Part shown: positions 24,624-37,629 of the stretch, piece by piece
How the letters are laid out: the number at the start of each line of letters is the position of its first letter
How positions within the stretch are numbered: the stretch's first letter is position 1
Assembly: GCA_965603825.1 (NCBI GenBank)
Contig: CBFDEM010000053.1
Span: 1 to 64,000, forward strand
DNA from: Blepharisma stoltei ATCC 30299
Lineage: Eukaryota; Protista; Ciliophora
Direction of reading: 5' to 3'
Length of the DNA stretch: 64,000 nucleotides
Made by a program: the position numbers and the translations under genes
The notes under the pieces: generated by a model
Told to the model about the DNA's origin: nothing
The model's database searches: none
What the model saw: the letters and a program-made list of their open reading frames with translations, nothing else

Positions 24624-27600
24624 ATGAATTGAATTATACTCTCCTTGCTATTAATTTGCTCAGTTCATGCAGGAACGATTACTTCAGCGGGTCAGCTAAC
24701 ATTCTCCCCATCCACAGTCCGTTCCTCAGCTACTTATTCGATGTACTTTTTCCTATCATCTGCTACACCTGTTGACGCAAAAGTGACAATCAATTTCCCA
24801 TCTGATTTTGGGATATCAAGTAATTCTAACTATCCTTGCACTTTGAATAGAGGCGATAGCATTGATTGTTCATCGGCATCGTGCTCTGTCTCAAGCAATG
24901 TCCTGACAATAACTAATTTCTTTAGCAATTGGGCAGTTGATGCAGGCTCTGCAGATGCTTTTTCTGTGTCATTAAGTGGGATAACCAATCCGGTTTCAAC
25001 AACTAAAACAAATGCAATTGTGATAACCACATATTACAGCGATGGAAGTATAATTGATCAATCAGGCTCTAGCGACAATTCCTGGATGGTTACAGCGACT
25101 GCGGCTTCTATGACTTCAGCTCAAATTACACCTACATCACAAGTAATAGGCGGATCAACTACCTGAACATTTACGTATACTCCTCAATTTTCCTCTCCAC
25201 AAGGCTCCACCATTTCTATCACATTCCCTTATCAGAATTCTTATATTGGGGCATCAGGGTCATCGCTTAATTCTATAATAAGCACATCGACTCCAACTTG
25301 TGTGTCTGTAAGTAATATAGCATCATCTCTTTCCTGCAGCTGATCCAGCACAACAAATACACTCACAATTACCGGTGGCTTTTCATCAGCCTCAGCAACT
25401 GGGTCTGTTTCATTTACAGTCAATCCTTGCTTGAATCCTCCAAGTCCATCAGCATTGTCAGGATTTATATTTTATTTACTAAACTCAAGCGGGGGGATCT
25501 ATGAGTATACAATATCCACTATTTCTGTGACTGTCACGACCCCCAATTCCATCTCAATTCTGGATTCATATCTTTCAGCATCCACAAAAACTATAAGCTC
25601 GAGCACAACGCTCTCAATCAGCTTCAGGCCGACTAACCCTTTTGCAAGTGGAGATATAGTAGAAATAACCTTTCCAAGCCAACTTTCTTTCAGCACCTCG
25701 AGTATGAATGTTATCGCAAGGCTAGGAATAGGAACTGCAATTGGGGTGACACTCTCCTGGACAAATTACGCTACTAATGTAATAAGGATAACAAACGGAT
25801 ATACAGCTTATACTAATTCCGTTCAAGTCCAGGTCAGCTGCAGCGCTGTCACTCTCCCGACTTCTACTCAGCCCACTGATCAATTCACTATAAGACACTT
25901 AACCTCAGGCGGCATTGCTGTTGACTCTGGAACAGGTGGAAGATTTACTGCGACTGCAGGGACAATGCTTCAGGATGGCAGTAATGCCTGGGTCACTGCC
26001 TCTGTTTATACTGTGGGGCAGTCATCAATTTACTATTTTGATTTTTTATTAGCCAACAGCTTACCGTCTGGCGCAACTTTATCAATCATCTTCCCTTCAA
26101 GTGTGTCTATTTCATCAGCAGCTTCCAGCTCTTGCGCTTATATTATTTCAGGTATGACCAGTGCTAACTGTGTGGTTGCGTCAAAAATGTTTAACGTTAC
26201 TGATGGATTCCCAACTGGGGCATCTACTAAAGTAATAAAAATTGGCATAGGCGGAGTTACAAACCCGCAAACTACAGCTCCCTCAAGTTCTTTCACAATC
26301 TCTTCATATACAGACAATACATTTCAATATATGATTAATACCATCTCGTCTGGAGTCACAATAACTTGCCAAGCTGCATCTTTATCGTCAGTTACAGTCA
26401 CCCCTTCATCTTTGATAACAGGAGATACCGCAACTTACACTTTCACAGCAGTGACAGCAACTCAGATTCCTTCAGGCGGCTCTATGATAATAACTTTTCC
26501 AACTGGTGTTTCAATAGCAAGTGCAAGCTTAACAAATGCTCAAAATTCCTGCTCAAAAATTTCAGGGTTTAATACCAACAGCTTTTCTTGCACTTGTACA
26601 GCAAGCAGCATTACAATTGTTAATGGCTTCCAGTCAGGAGTTTTCAGTGCAGGAGGAACTTTGAGCTTTTCAATGAGCTATATTACTAACCCGCCTTCAA
26701 CTAAAAAAGCCCAATCATTTGCAGTGACCACTTATGACGCTTCCTCTTATGCTATAGACACTTTGAGTTCAGGGATTTATGTTGAGATGACGACTGCCAA
26801 TACCTTACAAGCTACTATTACTCCTGCATCCTTGGTTAACGGAGCCTCAACAACATATACTATTTCAATCACAATAAAAAACCCAACAAATACAGGGGTC
26901 GTTGTAAACGTCATCCCCCCATCCCAAGTCACTTTCCCATCAAGCCCAGCCTGTGCTTCAGGAAGCAGTACCGTTACAAGCATCAATAGTTGCACAAAAA
27001 GTGGAGCTGGTGTTTTGGCTTCCTTGAAATTAACCACCGACCCTTCAACTAGTGGGACAGTGCTGATCTTTACGATAGCATCAGTTACAAACCCTCCTTC
27101 AACTGCAACGACATCCACATTTGAAGTTTACACCTTGACCAGTGATGGATATTCCATTGATAAGCAAGAATCAGGCATCACAATCCAGACAACTACTGCA
27201 GCAACTATCACAGATATAATTATCAGTGCAGGAGATTCGAAGATTACGTCTACAACATATTATACAATTAGCTATGCTCCTATCAACATTCATCCAACAG
27301 GCACTACTGTTACAGTTATTGTCCCTTCAGACTTCACTCTCAGCTCATCAACTTGTACTGCAGGCTCAAGTTTAAGCAACGACTTTCAATGTGTAGTGAG
27401 TGGAAATACTATCATCACAAGTGGCGGGTTTGCAACTGCAATTACTTCATCAAGCAGAGTTACATTCACAATAACAGGTATCATTAATCCAAATTCTCAG
27501 AAAACAACTTCGGCATGGTCAATAACATCAAAAGTAGGGAGCTACCTTATAGATGCCAGTAATTCAGTCACTTCTACTTTTACCTGTACTTTGCCTTGCA

Positions 27601-30600
27601 CGGCTTGCCAGAGCTCACCAACCTACTGCACTGCTTGTGATACTACTTCTCTATATCCTTATCTTTACAGCAATACATGCAATTCAGCCTGCCAAAGCGG
27701 GTATTATGACGATATTACTACCCCAGCCAAATCTTGTGTAAACTGCGACAGTAACTGCAATACTTGCCAGGACTATTCAATTTACTGCCTTACCTGCAAA
27801 ACCTCTAGCTCTTATCCTTACTTCTATAATCACACCTGCGTGGCTAATTGCCCTTCTGGCACTGCTCCAGACTCAGGGTCTTGTGTTGACTGTGTGTCCC
27901 CCTGCAAGCTCTGCAGTGCTACCAAAGACACTTGCACATCCTGCGTCACAAGCTATTATCTATATGGGACAACTTGCAAAAATGTATGCCCTGATGGATA
28001 TGTCGGAGTTGGAAGTAGTTGTGATCCTTGCAGTGGATGTGCTACTTGCTCAGGAACTACAACAACTTGTACAAGCTGCGGAACAGGGCTCTTTCTTTAT
28101 AAAGCGAACTCGACATGCTTGAGTTCTTGCCCATCATTGCTTTATGTACCTGGAAATGGGGTTTGTAATGCCTGCAACTCCAGTTGTGCAACTTGTTCTG
28201 GGACGGTTGATACATGCAAAAGCTGCTGAAGCGGATACAAGCTATATGGAAATACTTGTGTGACTTCATGCCCAGCAGACATCACTATCGATAACGGGAG
28301 CTCCTGTATTCCATGCAGCTCAAGCTGTGCTAAGTGCTCCTCTACTGATATAAATACTTGTACCGCATGTGCTAGTCCATACCCACTTCTGCAGGATGGA
28401 GCTTGCGTTGATGCTTGCTATGGAGGTTATATATTATCAGGAGGAACAAACTGCTTAAAATGTAATTCTGTCTGCTATTCTTGCTGAGGCACAACTGCTA
28501 ACTGCACTTCATGCCCTACCAATACTTATCTTTATAATAACTGATGCTATAGTTCATGTCCTAACGGATATACCCCAACTTTGGGAGTTTGCGTACTCAT
28601 AACCAACTCAGAAAACTGCGCACCCGGGTGTACTCCTGCGATGGTTGAAAATACAAGCTGCGAATCAGCTTGCAATGTTGCAGCCTGCTTATATGATAAC
28701 GGGATGTGCAACCAAGGAACTACAACATGCCCTTCTGGGTCTTATTTGGATGTAAATACATGCAAATCATGCTCTTATCCTTGCAATTCTTGCACTGGGC
28801 CAGCGACATGCACTAATTGTGCGATCAGCAGCACAACAGGATCGACTTTGCTATATTATAATGGCTACTGCTATGACAATTGCCCGACTGGGACTCTCTC
28901 AAATGGACTGACTTGCTCCGATTGCAATATCAAATGCGCAAGCTGCCAAGGGACTAATAGTACCTGCTTGTCTTGCAATTCCGGACTATATCTTTACAAT
29001 AATGACTGTCTTTCAAATTGCCCTGCAGATATAACAATCCTAGACAATTCGCAGTGCTTGGACTGCGATTCAAACTGCCTGTATTGCTCAGGAGCAATTA
29101 AAACTTGCACTAAGTGCTCGACTGGCAAAGTTTTGCAGGGGTCAGTTTGCATGCTGAATTGCTACTCAGGATGGACTGCAATCTCATCAAGTTGCGTGCA
29201 ATGTTCGGGATGCAGCGAGTGTTCAGGCTCTGCAACTTCTTGCACAGCATGCGACTCGTCGCTCTACCTCTACAACTCTCAATGTGTTGGAAATTGCCCA
29301 GATGGGACTTATGCTTACGGAAATGTTTGTGAGACTTGTGATACTTCATGCGTTACCTGTGCTGCTGCTGGAAGTTGTTTGACCTGCAAATCAGATACTG
29401 TTAAGTATGGGAGTTTGTGCTTAACCTACTGCCCAAGCGGCTATGTAAATTCGTCAGGGACATGCACTCTTATAAACATCCCTGCAGATTGCGTTACTGG
29501 GTGCAATACAACTTTGCTGGCCAATACTGTGTGCGACGCTGCATGCTTTTATAAGGAATGCAACTATGATAATGGCTATTGCTTGAATAGTGGAGTATGT
29601 GCTGCAGGCAAGTTTTATAACGGCACTGATTGTGAGAGCTGCTCCTATCCCTGCCTCACTTGCAATTCAACATCAACTTGTGTGTCTTGTACGACCTCAA
29701 AAGTGAACACAGGAGTGACTATGCTTTACTATATGAATTATTGCTATGATACTTGTCCTCCTCGCACAATGCAGGTTGGGCTTATCTGTGAAGATTGTGC
29801 CAGCAGCTGCTTGTCTTGCTATGGGAGCACGAGCACCTGCATTTCGTGTGACACAGGAATGTACTTATATCAGGGAACGTGCGTGAATGACTGCCCAGCA
29901 GATATAACGATAAAAACGGGAACTGTTTGCAACTTATGCAGTCTAAATTGTGCGACCTGCTCAATTAATTATGACAATTGCACATCGTGCGCTACTGGAA
30001 AAGTGCTCCAGAATGGCAAATGCCAGGCCAGTTGCGACACTGGGTACACGGTAACTGATATCTATCCAACTACCTGTCAGGCATGCACTGGAGGATGCAC
30101 AACGTGCAGCGTCCAAACTTACTATTGCACTTCATGTCCTGCGAACGAATACCTGCAAGGGACCTTCTGTGTTTCTTCATGCACTGCTGGAATCTATGTA
30201 TTAGTAGGTAGTACTTGTCTCCCCTGCACTAGCCCGTGCGCGACCTGCCAAAACACTGTAACAGACTGTAAAACTTGCGTTTCTGGCTATTCTTTATATA
30301 GCAGCAGCTGCTGGAATCCGTGTCCAACTGGCTATGAATCTATTTCAGGAGTCTGCACTCAAGAGTGTGCTGAAGGCTGTACGCAAACTTTACTTAACAA
30401 TGGTGTTTGCGACGCAGTCTGCAACACAGCGGCCTGTGTCAAAGACAATGGAAACTGCGTTCAAAATGTGACTTGTGTAAATGGGCAATACCAGTCAGGA
30501 AATACTTGTCTGAGCTGCGTTTATCCTTGCAATAACTGCCAATCAGCTTCTTTTTGTACTTCTTGTCAGATTAGCTCAACAACAAGTCTTCAACTGTATC

Positions 30601-33600
30601 TTTACCAGGGAACTTGCTATGACTCATGCCCAACAAAGACTTATCAGGACGGCTTGATTTGTTCTGATTGTCCCTCTAACTGTGACCATTGCTCAAGCTC
30701 AACTGTATGCGCAACCTGCTCTGGGGCTTATCTGGTATATAATGGAGGATGCGTCACAAATTGCCCAACCCAGTGGACAGCTACAACAGCCCAGCCAACT
30801 GTATGCAGTCAATGCTCAGCTTCTTGCAATGAATGCTCTGGTACAACTACTTATTGTACTTCTTGCAATTCTGGCTATACGCTAACGAGCTCAAATACTT
30901 GCATAAGCTCATGTGCTGGTGGGACTACACTAGTTGGATCAACATGTGAAACCTGCGTTTCTCCCTGTGTGAATTGTAATGGCGCAGTAACCAGCTGTAC
31001 TTCATGCATATCTGGCTTAGTGCTGCAGGGGAGCTCTTGTGTGACATGCACTTCTCCTTGCAAAACCTGCTCTGCACTTCCAACATATTGCCTTGATTGC
31101 GTGGAGAGTTATTTTCTTTCAGGAACGACCTGCTTGCCTTGCAATGCGAATTGCAATACTTGCTCTGGCTATTCATATCAGTGCACATCTTGTGCAGATG
31201 GAAAGTTTCTTTCAGGAACGAGTTGCTTAACTTGTGATCCGACCTGCTCAACTTGCCTTGGGACCTCAACTACCTGCACAACTTGTAGTGCCACGAAATT
31301 CTTAGATTCAGGAAAATGCTACTCTTGCGATACCTCATGCTTGACCTGCGACACAACGTATAATCACTGCACATCTTGCAATTCTCATTACTACCTTACT
31401 TCAAGCTATACATGCCTAGTGTGCGATTCGAATTGCGATGGATGTTCTGGGTCGGCTGCATTTTGCACAAGTTGCGTGTCTCCAAATATTCTCCTCAACA
31501 ACAAGTGCGGACCATGCAATTCCCCATGTGTCACCTGTGTGAATGATTTCAATGTGTGTGCTACTTGTGAAACTGGGAAAACTTTAATAAATGGAGTGTG
31601 TGATACCTGCAAAGCAGACTGTTTGACCTGCGTTACTGACTTCATGACCTGTGCCACCTGCCCAAGTGAGAAGTTTTTAGTAAGTGGGAGTTGTGTAGGA
31701 TGCTCTTCAGAATGTGCAACCTGTCAAGGGTCCACCTCCTACTGCACTTCTTGCAATTCTCCGCTTGCACTTATAAATAACAGTTGCCAAGTTTGTGATT
31801 CAACTTGCTTGACCTGCAGTGGAACTACCAGTACTTGTACTTCTTGCCCCTCAGGGCTGAATTTGTTTGGGTCAGTGTGTCTTGCTTGTACATCTAACTG
31901 CAAAACCTGCTCTGGATCTCAATCTTTGTGCTCATCGTGTGATGATGGCTATTTCTTGTCAACCACCCAATGCATAAAGTGTGATGTTAACTGCTTGACT
32001 TGTTCAATATCAGCTTCAAACTGCTTAACTTGTGCCCCAGGATACAGCCTAATAGATGGGCTTTGCAAGCAAATATGCAGCGATGGTTACTACTTAAGTG
32101 GGCTGACTTGCTATGTCTGCAACACTAATTGCAAAACATGTGTTGGAACAGATACATCCTGTACTTCTTGCTACTCAGGGTTTATCTACAACAGCGCTTG
32201 TGTAACATCGTGCCCAATTGGAACCTATTACTCATCAGCCATATCTACATGCGATAGCTGCTACTCTCTCTGCAAAGAATGTCTTGGTTCAAGCACTCAC
32301 TGCATTTCCTGCAATACAGGGTACTCATTAGCGACATCTAACAATACATGCAATTTGATCTGTGGGGCAGGAACTTACTATGATGGCTCTCAATGCAAGT
32401 CATGCTCGAATAATTGTGCGACTTGCTATGGATCTCCTACATACTGCACGAGCTGCTCCTACGCAAACCAAACGCTGACTTCTTCGGGATTTTGCCAAAC
32501 TCCTTGTGGCATAGGGTATATTCAGCTGGTTGCGAATGGGAATTGTGAAAAGTGTGACTCTTCGTGCTATAATTGTACTGGTACAACGCTTTACTGTACT
32601 GCATGTGCAGATACCACCAAATATTTGTATCAGGGAGTTTGCTATACCACTTGTCCGTCTCCAACGACTGTAGTATCTGGAAATACGTGCGTTGACTGCA
32701 CTTCCCCATGCTCAACTTGCCAAACAACGCCGATTTATTGTTTAAGCTGTGTGACTTCTTATTATTTATACCAAAATACTTGCCAAAAAAACTGTCCGAC
32801 GAATTACACACCAGCAACTGTGAGTGGAACAGGGGTATGCTTGGCTCCTTGCGACCCAGGCTATGTGGCTCCATCTTCTGATGGTAATTGCGTTGCATGT
32901 GATACTATCTGCAAAACCTGCAGTGTGACAACAACTAACTGCACGGCTTGCACGGACAGCACTAAATATCTCTACAGCGGCCAGTGCTTAATAACTTGTC
33001 CATCTCTTATTACAGTCGCAATTGGAAGTGTCTGTAAGGACTGCACACTGCCTTGCCTCACCTGCTCGACAACAGTCACCAATTGCTTAAGCTGCATTGC
33101 TACCAACTATCTTTACCAGGGCACATGCTCGACATCTTGCCCAGACGGCTATACTAAGGGTACTCAAAATGGGTCTGGGGTCTGCTTGGAGCCTTGCACT
33201 ACAGGATACATCAGAGAGACTCCAAATGGAAGTTGTGTTCAATGCAGTTCAGCCTGCTCAAGCTGCTATGGGACCATAACAAACTGCACTGCTTGTGCCG
33301 ATAGCTCTAAGTATCTCTATGGAGGGTCATGCGTCTCAGCTTGTCCTACAAATACCACAGTCGCTGTCGGCGCCAAATGCGAGGCTTGCTCTTCGCCTTG
33401 TCTAACATGCAAATCGACTATCTACTCCTGTTTGAGTTGCTTATCAGGATATTATTTATACCAAAGCACTTGTGTACAAACCTGTCCTGCCGGCTATACA
33501 GCCAGCACTGTTTCAGGACTAGGAGTTTGCTTAGCCCCATGTTCGAGTGGATATGTAAGAAACCCAGATACTGGAAATTGTGACGCTTGTGATACAGAAT

Positions 33601-36600
33601 GCAAAACTTGCTCTGGGACTTCGAGTTATTGCACAGCATGCTCTGACAGTGCAATGTATCTTTATAAAGGGACTTGTGTTGCTTCGTGCCCAGCAGATGT
33701 AACGATAACTCTTGGGAATACATGCGTGAGCTGCGATTCCACATGCCTCACTTGCAGCACATCAACAACATATTGCACATCATGTAACGGAAGCAAGTAT
33801 GTCTACTCAGGAGCGTGCTATGACTCCTGCCCTAAAAATATAACTGTGGCAGAAGCCAAAACATGTGTGGTTTGCTCTTCACCTTGCCAGAATTGTACAT
33901 CAACCAAAACTAATTGCATAAGCTGCATCAGCAACTATTATCTATATCAAAACACTTGTGTTCTGAACTGTCCTGTAGGGTATGAAGAGGAAGGATCATC
34001 ATGTGTAGAATGTCCCAACTTGGACTGCACGAATGGCACAAGTTCTACTAATAGTTCAAGTTCTTCAACTTTTACAGGAGGTCCTGTACCTTTCCCATTC
34101 AGTGGAGTCGCAGTGATTTCAGGAGGTCTTCTAGTAGTTACTAAGCTTACAGCGTCCGGAGTCAGTTTGCTGAATTCAGTGATTTCAACGTGGTCAATAA
34201 GTGCAGCTGCTTCATGGATTTTCCTAGGAGCATTCATTTTCGCCAATGGCGGTGACTCTCCATCACGGCGTCTTCTCGCTATCGACCCTACCTCTGGCAG
34301 TCTTATGGTCTCAATCGTTCTACTCCTGATAATCGGTGCCTTAGCCTTCCACTATATCTGCAATTTTTCATTTATGGCACAATTCTTTGTAAAGCCATGC
34401 AGAAAAGACCCAGCATTTAAATATTGGAGAAAAAAACACAAATGCTCATTTAGATCGATATCGAGTTGTGCCACTTTTATAACCTTCCATTCAATAAGGT
34501 TGCTATATAGCGGGATGTGCAACAGTTTGAGTTTCAAGGCAATGTTTGACAATAAAGGAAAAGTCTATAAGCCCCTCATCAAATTTGGCTATGTGAGTCT
34601 TTTGTGTACTTCAGTTCCATTAATTATTGCCCAAGGCTTACTTTTAGGACACTACAGCATTGGTGAGTGAATGTGGATGTTCTCGCTAGACTCCTTGATC
34701 GTCACAATCTTGCTTGCCATCCTAGTATTCTGGGACATCAAGAACATGGAAAAAGACTTACTCAGACATGAATGGGAAAAAGAACTAGGGGGTCCGCTTG
34801 ACAAGTTAGAGGGCCAAAGCTTGGTAAACCCTAACAATTCAATTACAGAGCTTATGCAGATCTTTCCAGTTGACTTTTCTGGAATTCTTCCTCAAAAAAT
34901 AACACCTATAAAAAAGAAGAAACTTAAGTATAAATCCAAGTCAACCCAGCCTTCACGAGCAAGTTCTCCAGTATCTGAAAGACTATACCACAGAAAAAAT
35001 TCATATCCTCTGCTTGAAAAAGAAGGCGTAGAAGTGGATTTAGATTTCTTGAGAAAAGACACACTGCCAAAGATCTTGGATGAGCCCATTGATGAGTCAA
35101 ATCTTTTGGATAAACTTAGGGAAAATTCATTGCTGAATGCAAATGACCTCACAGTGCTTCCAGAAGAGGACACGAAAGGAGAGTTTGAAAAATCGACAAA
35201 GGAGTACAAAATCCCTGTTTATCGGCCTACAGATCAAAATTATGTGCCATTGAATTTCAACCCAAGGACTGAAGAATGGACCGAAGTCGTCGCTTATACA
35301 GAGCGCGATTCAGAGCCCGAAGAAACTGAGCCTAACCTTGAAGATCAAGAAATATTGATAGAAGAAGAGAAAGTCCCTGAAACTATGACTCCCCCTCCAC
35401 CTCCTCCTGAATCCCCCTCAAAGTCTCCGAACCATTATGGCACAATTGAAGCCGAGCAAGAGCTTGACTTTGACAAAGCCTTCGCTGACTCCAATGACCC
35501 TGAAATTGTGAGCGTCCCTCACAAACCCACCGGAGGTAGAGTCCGAGTACGAAAAGACTTCAAAGGAGCCAGAATTGTTGACTTAGAAAACAAAGTCATT
35601 GACAGTGCCCCACCTATTGACCCATCCAAATATGATATTCCTAAAACCATTGTCGACGAAAACGACGTCAGATACGCCACATTGGTAACCCACTCTGGAG
35701 AAAAGGTCAGAGTGCATCGTAACTTTAGAGGCGCGAGAATTGTAGATTTGGAGAAAAAGGTCAATCACCCTCACGCATATTTGATTGGCCAGAGTGTGAA
35801 AAACGAAAGCGATTTCCAGTTTAACAACGCCTATCCTGACCCTGAAGACCCTGAAGTTGTAGTAGTCATGCACAATGAGACTGGAGAAGATGTAAAGGTC
35901 AGGAAGACTTTTCATGGAGCAGCTATGGTTGATGAGCATGGGAACTTGATTCCAAACCAGCCTTTGATTGATAGAAATGATTATGATATCGGAAAAACAA
36001 TTGTTGATAAAGAAGATGTCCATATAGCTACTCTTTCCCATAAGAAAACAAATGCAAGAGTCAAAGTTCGCAGAGATTTCAGAGGAGCGAAAATTATTGA
36101 CTTGGAGCGCAAGGCTGAGCTGCCAATTGGCAGACATAATATTTTCTCTAAAAATGAGCCTGAGCCTCTTTCTCCAAATGGAAGCGACCTGGACTTCAAA
36201 ATTCTTGACCGAGGCTGGATGAGTCCTGCACACCCTGACGAAAGCTCTTTCGATTACAGCAGAAAACCTCCCCGTCCTCAGCGGACTCTCAACTTTGGAG
36301 GTCCTAGAGAAGAGAACTACGACAGGAAGAACCTTGACACCCTTGCAGAAATCATTCAGCAGGAAGAGAAAAAAGGCTCAAGAAGCGACCGAAAGCTATT
36401 TACTAATGACTATAAAAACCAAGTAGAAAGCGAAGGGGATGAGCCTTCCTTTGATTCCTTCGGAAACGAATTTATGATGCCAATTTCTCACAATTTAGAC
36501 TTGGAGTACCCAATCCCTCCTGATTATGATTTCCAAACCCCAGGAATGCTTGAAATGAATGAGTCTGTATCATCAATTAATAGCAGAAACCCAAGGAAAA

Positions 36601-36872
36601 GGAGAAGATTTAAGAAAAAGCAGCAAGGCCCTGTTTCATCTCGCATGAGGCAGATGGAAGAAATCTATCTTCAAAGGCTGGAGCCTGGACCTCGAAGAGA
36701 GCCTAGGCCAGTGTTTAGAGAAGATATTGACGAGCCAGAATTTGAGCAGTGGGATAGGCCAGACTCTGGGATTGAGAGGGCTAGAGGAAGCGAACGGACT
36801 CTATCTTCAGCTGGTGATGAAATTGTGAGAGGTACTAGAAGAATTCAGTATCCTCAGAGGAGAGATCTTTAA
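24624..36872 (+). CDS. Giant ~4082-aa membrane protein: signal peptide, ~7 beta-sandwich (ITNP-type) repeats, long furin-like CxxC repeat array with 3 LNR-like units, multi-pass TM region, long cytoplasmic tail
   Basis: ATG 24624 (MNWIILSLLLICSVHA, W=TGA). ORFs 24645, 25431, 28260, 28581 and 34671 share one frame and are separated only by TGA. Ends in TAA at 36872. Confidence 0.9.
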
Positions 36873-37032
36873 TATTCAATAAATTCTTATATAATCCATT
36901 AGTAGCATCATAAATAAACTATAATTTGTTCATTTAATAAAAACTCAGCTAAGCAGCCCTTATGATTACTTAGATTATTAAAGATTTCTTTAAAATCCAG
37001 TTATTACTTAGATTTCTATTCCATAAGACTCT

Positions 37033-37452
37033 CTAATTGTAATAAAAAGCATAGAGCACAGTCCACACACAGGCAGCAACTGGAAGAGCTCTAAGCTTGA
37101 GATAGCTTGGCCATGTTTCGCTCTTGAAATAAATATAATTCTTGACAATATTAGAGTTGTACCACTTGGCCATAGACCACATAGAAGCATAGAGGAGCAC
37201 GCTGTAGGATCCAAGAACAATCAGGGAGTGTGCTTTCCCCTCTTCGATATTCCTCTCAACCTCGTGACTTAAATAAGTGGGCTCTGGTTCATAGCCTAAT
37301 TGAGGTCTTTGCCAGATTGGAGTTGGAATTATCTGCCTGACCCGAATATTGCTGAAATCCTCTGGGAGGGTGGATTGGTAGCTCTTCACTTCATCCCTGG
37401 GCAAGTATTGAACATATGGCCATTCATACTTCAAAGGAATTTGAGACGACAT
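37033..37452 (-). CDS. 139-aa small membrane protein of unknown function
   Basis: Intact ATG..TAG ORF with two hydrophobic segments; all six Trp codons are TGG. Confidence 0.75.
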   Translation of the reverse strand: MSSQIPLKYEWPYVQYLPRDEVKSYQSTLPEDFSNIRVRQIIPTPIWQRPQLGYEPEPTYLSHEVERNIEEGKAHSLIVLGSYSVLLYASMWSMAKWYNSNIVKNYIYFKSETWPSYLKLRALPVAACVWTVLYAFYYN

Positions 37453-37629
37453 TTTATAAATTAAATCCGGATCTCCAATTTGAATCCAGTCAGTGCTATT
37501 ATTTAAAAAAAATCATGTTACTTTGCAATTTAACTTTGCAAAAGAATAATTTGGCTACGATTTTTGCAACCAAGTTAAAGAGATTCGAAATTTCTGTAGT
37601 TTACAATGAATATTAAGGCAAAATATTAA

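Noticed and set aside
24830-36233. Numerous antisense and alternate-frame ORFs in the track (e.g. 35583-36233, 32437-32898)
   Set aside because: They are shadows of long, biased or repetitive coding sequence on the opposite strand or frame, with no independent motifs.
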